From Acidobacteriota bacterium (GTDB lineage: Bacteria > Acidobacteriota > UBA6911), in the NCBI GenBank assembly GCA_963664705.1, contig OY761556.1:2048001-2112000 (forward strand): a stretch of 64,000 nucleotides of DNA. The letters run 5' to 3'. Within the stretch, counting starts at the first letter, position 1. Each line of letters starts with the position of its first letter. The position numbers and the translations under genes were made by a program. The notes beneath the pieces are model-generated. The model saw nothing but the letters and a program-made list of their open reading frames with translations. It did not search any database and was not told the DNA's origin. Of the stretch, positions 61,130 to 64,000 are shown piece by piece.

Positions 61130-62872
61130 CTAATCGGACTCAGGACTCAGCCTCGCTTCACGCCATTTCCGAACCGAGTTGATCAGGTATATCCTTGAAC
61201 AGCGTTTCAGATCCTCCAGGGAAACAACCCGTTCATGGATGATTCCCTGTTCCAGCAGGGATGCGCGGAAGGTTCCCGCCAGCAATCCGGAGTTTACCGG
61301 TGGCGTAAGCAGCTCTCCATCAATCTCCACCACCACATTTGCAATGGTGCTTTCGGTAATTTCGCGCCGCTCATTCCACAGCAGCACATCGTCACACGCC
61401 GGACACGATCTCAAGGCTTTCTCATAGGAACTTCGATGCGTTGTCTTGTGGTATAGAAAAATATCCAATGTATCCATGGGTTCGGCTGCAATCCGAATTT
61501 GGACAGGTTTCTCCTGAGCCGCAGCCAACTCCGCCGACTCGATACGAATATCTCCATTCGCACCGAGAAGGCAACGAATACGCTGCGGACTCCTGCTAAA
61601 CTCGCCGGTAAGAATCTCGAGCTTTTGTCGAATTTCCGCCGGCCGGATGGAATAGCCAAAATAGTCGGCAGATTCAACCAACCGCTTCATATGATAATCG
61701 AGGAGGAAATACCCTTCTTCCGGAGTCCACAGGATGGTTTCAAGCAGCGCAAACTCCGGGCGCTGTTCGGTTAGAACCCGCGCCTTAAGCAGCGCCTCCT
61801 TGAATTCATCATCAGCCACGGAATCCCACACAATGCCGCCGCCCGCCCCGTATTCAGCCTTGCCCGTGCCCTTATCCACGACAGCAGTTCGAATTGCCAC
61901 GCTAAACTGAGCGAAATTCTCAGGGGAGATAAATCCAATGCAACCGGTGTAGACGCCCCTCGGAGTCGGTTCGAGCTCCGCAATGATCTCCGTAGTCCGT
62001 ACCTTTGGGGCTCCGGTAATAGAGGCGCAGGGGAACAACGATTGAAATAATTCTCTTACCGACTTTCGGCATTCAGCCGTTACGGTGGAGGTCATCTGCC
62101 ACAGTGTGTGGTGTCGTTCGACTTCAAACAGCTGCGGAACGCTGACGCTTCCAGTCTCGGCCACGCGCCCAAGGTCATTGCGAATCATGTCGACAATCAT
62201 CAGGTTTTCGGCGCGGTTTTTCTCTGATTGATGCAGCCATTCCGCAAGTTCAATATCTTCAGCCTGCGTTCGGCCCCGCCTCACCGTGCCCTTCATCGGC
62301 TTGCACGTGAGGGCGCCCTTTTCCAGGCGAAAGAACAGTTCCGGCGATGCCGAACAAATAGCATATCGCCCGGTATCGACCCAGCCTGCGTATCCGGGTG
62401 ATTGAGCTCGTACCATAGCCAGAAACAGATGCCATGCATCGCCGGTAAACGGCATTTCCATTCGGATTGTGTAGTTGACCTGATAGGTATCGCCAGCCTG
62501 AATATAGTCCTTAATGTACTGGATGGCTTGTCGGTACTCGGACAGGCCGACGGAGGGGATTGGGGCGCCCAATTCATAGGCGCTATAGTCCGGTTCAGGG
62601 AGGTCAATTTCCTCCGGATCCGAATAAAGCCCAAACCACAGAAGGGGCAACCCCCCCGGCTTGTGCGTTACAATCGCGGAGTCAAAGGCGCTCGAAGCTT
62701 CGTATGTCAGGAAACCGGCTGCATACCAGCGATTTTTGTTTACCCACGTTTCGATTTGATCCAAAGCAGGCAATACATCGCGAAGGGCATTTACCGCCAC
62801 GACCTGATGTGGATTTCTGAAACGAAGCCACCGACCTGCCGTTGCATCGTGGAGAACGATCTGATCACTCAC
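61130..62872 (-). CDS. pabB: Aminodeoxychorismate synthase component I fused to a class IV aminotransferase (PabB-PabC-like)
   Basis: GDTYQVN, SPELF, PMKGT, KNRAENLMIVD, FPCASITGAPK; C-terminal HKTT, LLAGT.R, INSVR. Confidence 0.92.
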   Translation of the reverse strand: MSDQIVLHDATAGRWLRFRNPHQVVAVNALRDVLPALDQIETWVNKNRWYAAGFLTYEASSAFDSAIVTHKPGGLPLLWFGLYSDPEEIDLPEPDYSAYELGAPIPSVGLSEYRQAIQYIKDYIQAGDTYQVNYTIRMEMPFTGDAWHLFLAMVRAQSPGYAGWVDTGRYAICSASPELFFRLEKGALTCKPMKGTVRRGRTQAEDIELAEWLHQSEKNRAENLMIVDMIRNDLGRVAETGSVSVPQLFEVERHHTLWQMTSTVTAECRKSVRELFQSLFPCASITGAPKVRTTEIIAELEPTPRGVYTGCIGFISPENFAQFSVAIRTAVVDKGTGKAEYGAGGGIVWDSVADDEFKEALLKARVLTEQRPEFALLETILWTPEEGYFLLDYHMKRLVESADYFGYSIRPAEIRQKLEILTGEFSRSPQRIRCLLGANGDIRIESAELAAAQEKPVQIRIAAEPMDTLDIFLYHKTTHRSSYEKALRSCPACDDVLLWNERREITESTIANVVVEIDGELLTPPVNSGLLAGTFRASLLEQGIIHERVVSLEDLKRCSRIYLINSVRKWREARLSPESD

Positions 62873-62920
62873 CGTTTCCCCCTCCGATTCCCGCCATTTG
62901 CCCGGAATCACCGACTCTTT

Positions 62921-63877
62921 CTACACAAACAAAGAATCAACGAAAGATTCAGGGGAAAATTCCAGCAGATCTTCCAGCGATTCTCCGACTCCGATGAATC
63001 TTACCGGAATACCGAGTTCCTGGCAGATGCCGAACAGAATGCCGCCTTTGGCCGTTCCATCGAGCTTTGTCACGATCAGGCCTGTTATCCCGGTAGCCTT
63101 CATAAACTCCTGCGCCTGGGACAAACCGTTCTGTCCGGTTGTCGCATCGACGACCAGGAGCACCTCATGCGGGGCGCCAGGCAGCTTTCGACTGGCCACA
63201 CGCCGCATCTTATCCAGTTCCTGCATAAGATTGCTTTTTGTATGCAGCCGTCCTGCGGTGTCGATAATGACCAAATCCATTCCCCTCGCGGAGGCAGCCG
63301 ATAGAGCGTCGTGCAATACCGCCGATGGATCCATTCCAGTTTTGCTTTTTACCAGCTGAGCCCCCGAGCGCTCCGCCCAAACCGCAAGCTGTTCGATAGC
63401 CGCGGGCCTGAAAGTATCGGCCGCACAGACCAGGACTTTCTTTCCGTCGCCGGCAATTCGTGCTGCCAGCTTCCCAACGGTTGTCGTCTTTCCCGTTCCA
63501 TTGACGCCCACAACCATCCAAACCTGCAAAGCTCCCTCCGCGCTGCCGGATTCCCCGCGCGGATTCGCCTTCAGGATTTCGAGCAATTGCCGCCGGATCT
63601 CCGCCTTGGCGTCCTCAGGCGTACGAACCATTCCCTTCTTATGCTGTTGGCGGATTGCGTCCATCACTCTTTCGGTTACCCGAACACCCAAATCGGCACC
63701 CAGTAATGTGCCCTCGAGCTCGTCCAGCACGCCCTCGTCAATGGCGGGGCGGGATGAAAGAACCGCCTCGATCTTGCTGACAAGGTTTTCCTTGGTAGCA
63801 CCAAGGGCCTTCTTCATCCTTTCGAAAATGCCGGCTTTCTTTTCGGGATTTTCTTTGGAGGATCGGTTAAACAGCAT
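62921..63877 (-). CDS. ftsY: Signal recognition particle receptor FtsY
   Basis: GVNGTGKTTT, DTFRPAA, DTAGRL, TKLDGTAKGG. Confidence 0.97.
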   Translation of the reverse strand: MLFNRSSKENPEKKAGIFERMKKALGATKENLVSKIEAVLSSRPAIDEGVLDELEGTLLGADLGVRVTERVMDAIRQQHKKGMVRTPEDAKAEIRRQLLEILKANPRGESGSAEGALQVWMVVGVNGTGKTTTVGKLAARIAGDGKKVLVCAADTFRPAAIEQLAVWAERSGAQLVKSKTGMDPSAVLHDALSAASARGMDLVIIDTAGRLHTKSNLMQELDKMRRVASRKLPGAPHEVLLVVDATTGQNGLSQAQEFMKATGITGLIVTKLDGTAKGGILFGICQELGIPVRFIGVGESLEDLLEFSPESFVDSLFV

Positions 63878-63905
63878 TTCCTCTCCTTATAACAAAACCT
63901 GAATC

Positions 63906-64000
63906 TTAATTCTCTTCGGCTTTACTCACGCTAACATCGGCCGCATAGACTGTTTCCACAGTGCCGTCCGGCGTCTTGACCATCAGGGCGCCGATCTCAT
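63906..64000 (-). CDS. birA: C-terminal fragment of a probable biotin--protein ligase (5' part outside the window)
   Basis: EIGALMVKTPDGTVETVYAADVSV resembles the BPL C-terminal GAL.v....G.......gDV motif; only about 30 aa visible. Confidence 0.55.
   Translation of the reverse strand, partial: EIGALMVKTPDGTVETVYAADVSVSKAEEN

Noticed and set aside
1-64000. CRISPR array, prophage, integron or defence island
   Set aside because: No regularly spaced repeats, integrase, phage structural or recognisable defence genes; radC alone in a housekeeping context is not evidence of an island.

Overview
A gene-dense, mostly housekeeping chromosomal segment with about 55 CDS. It includes mutS, rarA, hisG, guaA-dnaE-accA, mutL-hisS, pilT-recX-alaS, an amidase and ftsY. 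The small conserved membrane proteins and gene order suggest an Acidobacteriota genome (inference). I found no rRNA, tRNA, CRISPR array, prophage or intact transposase. The main signal is at 16962-18737, where the ORF track shows two ORFs that are in the same frame and separated by a single TGA in the context GH-U-STC. A bacterial SECIS-like hairpin follows that TGA. This predicts one 591-aa exported selenoprotein with a signal peptide, a UGSC-like UxxC domain and a large C-terminal domain. The gene is preceded by a perfect FNR box, flanked by two copies of a palindromic MITE/REP-like element, and lies three genes downstream of an orphan yqeC. Other signals are probable AUU start codons for guaA and an MBL hydrolase, several leaderless promoters, a sigma-28 promoter before a PilZ gene, a CRP-like site, and three CDS missing from the ORF track.
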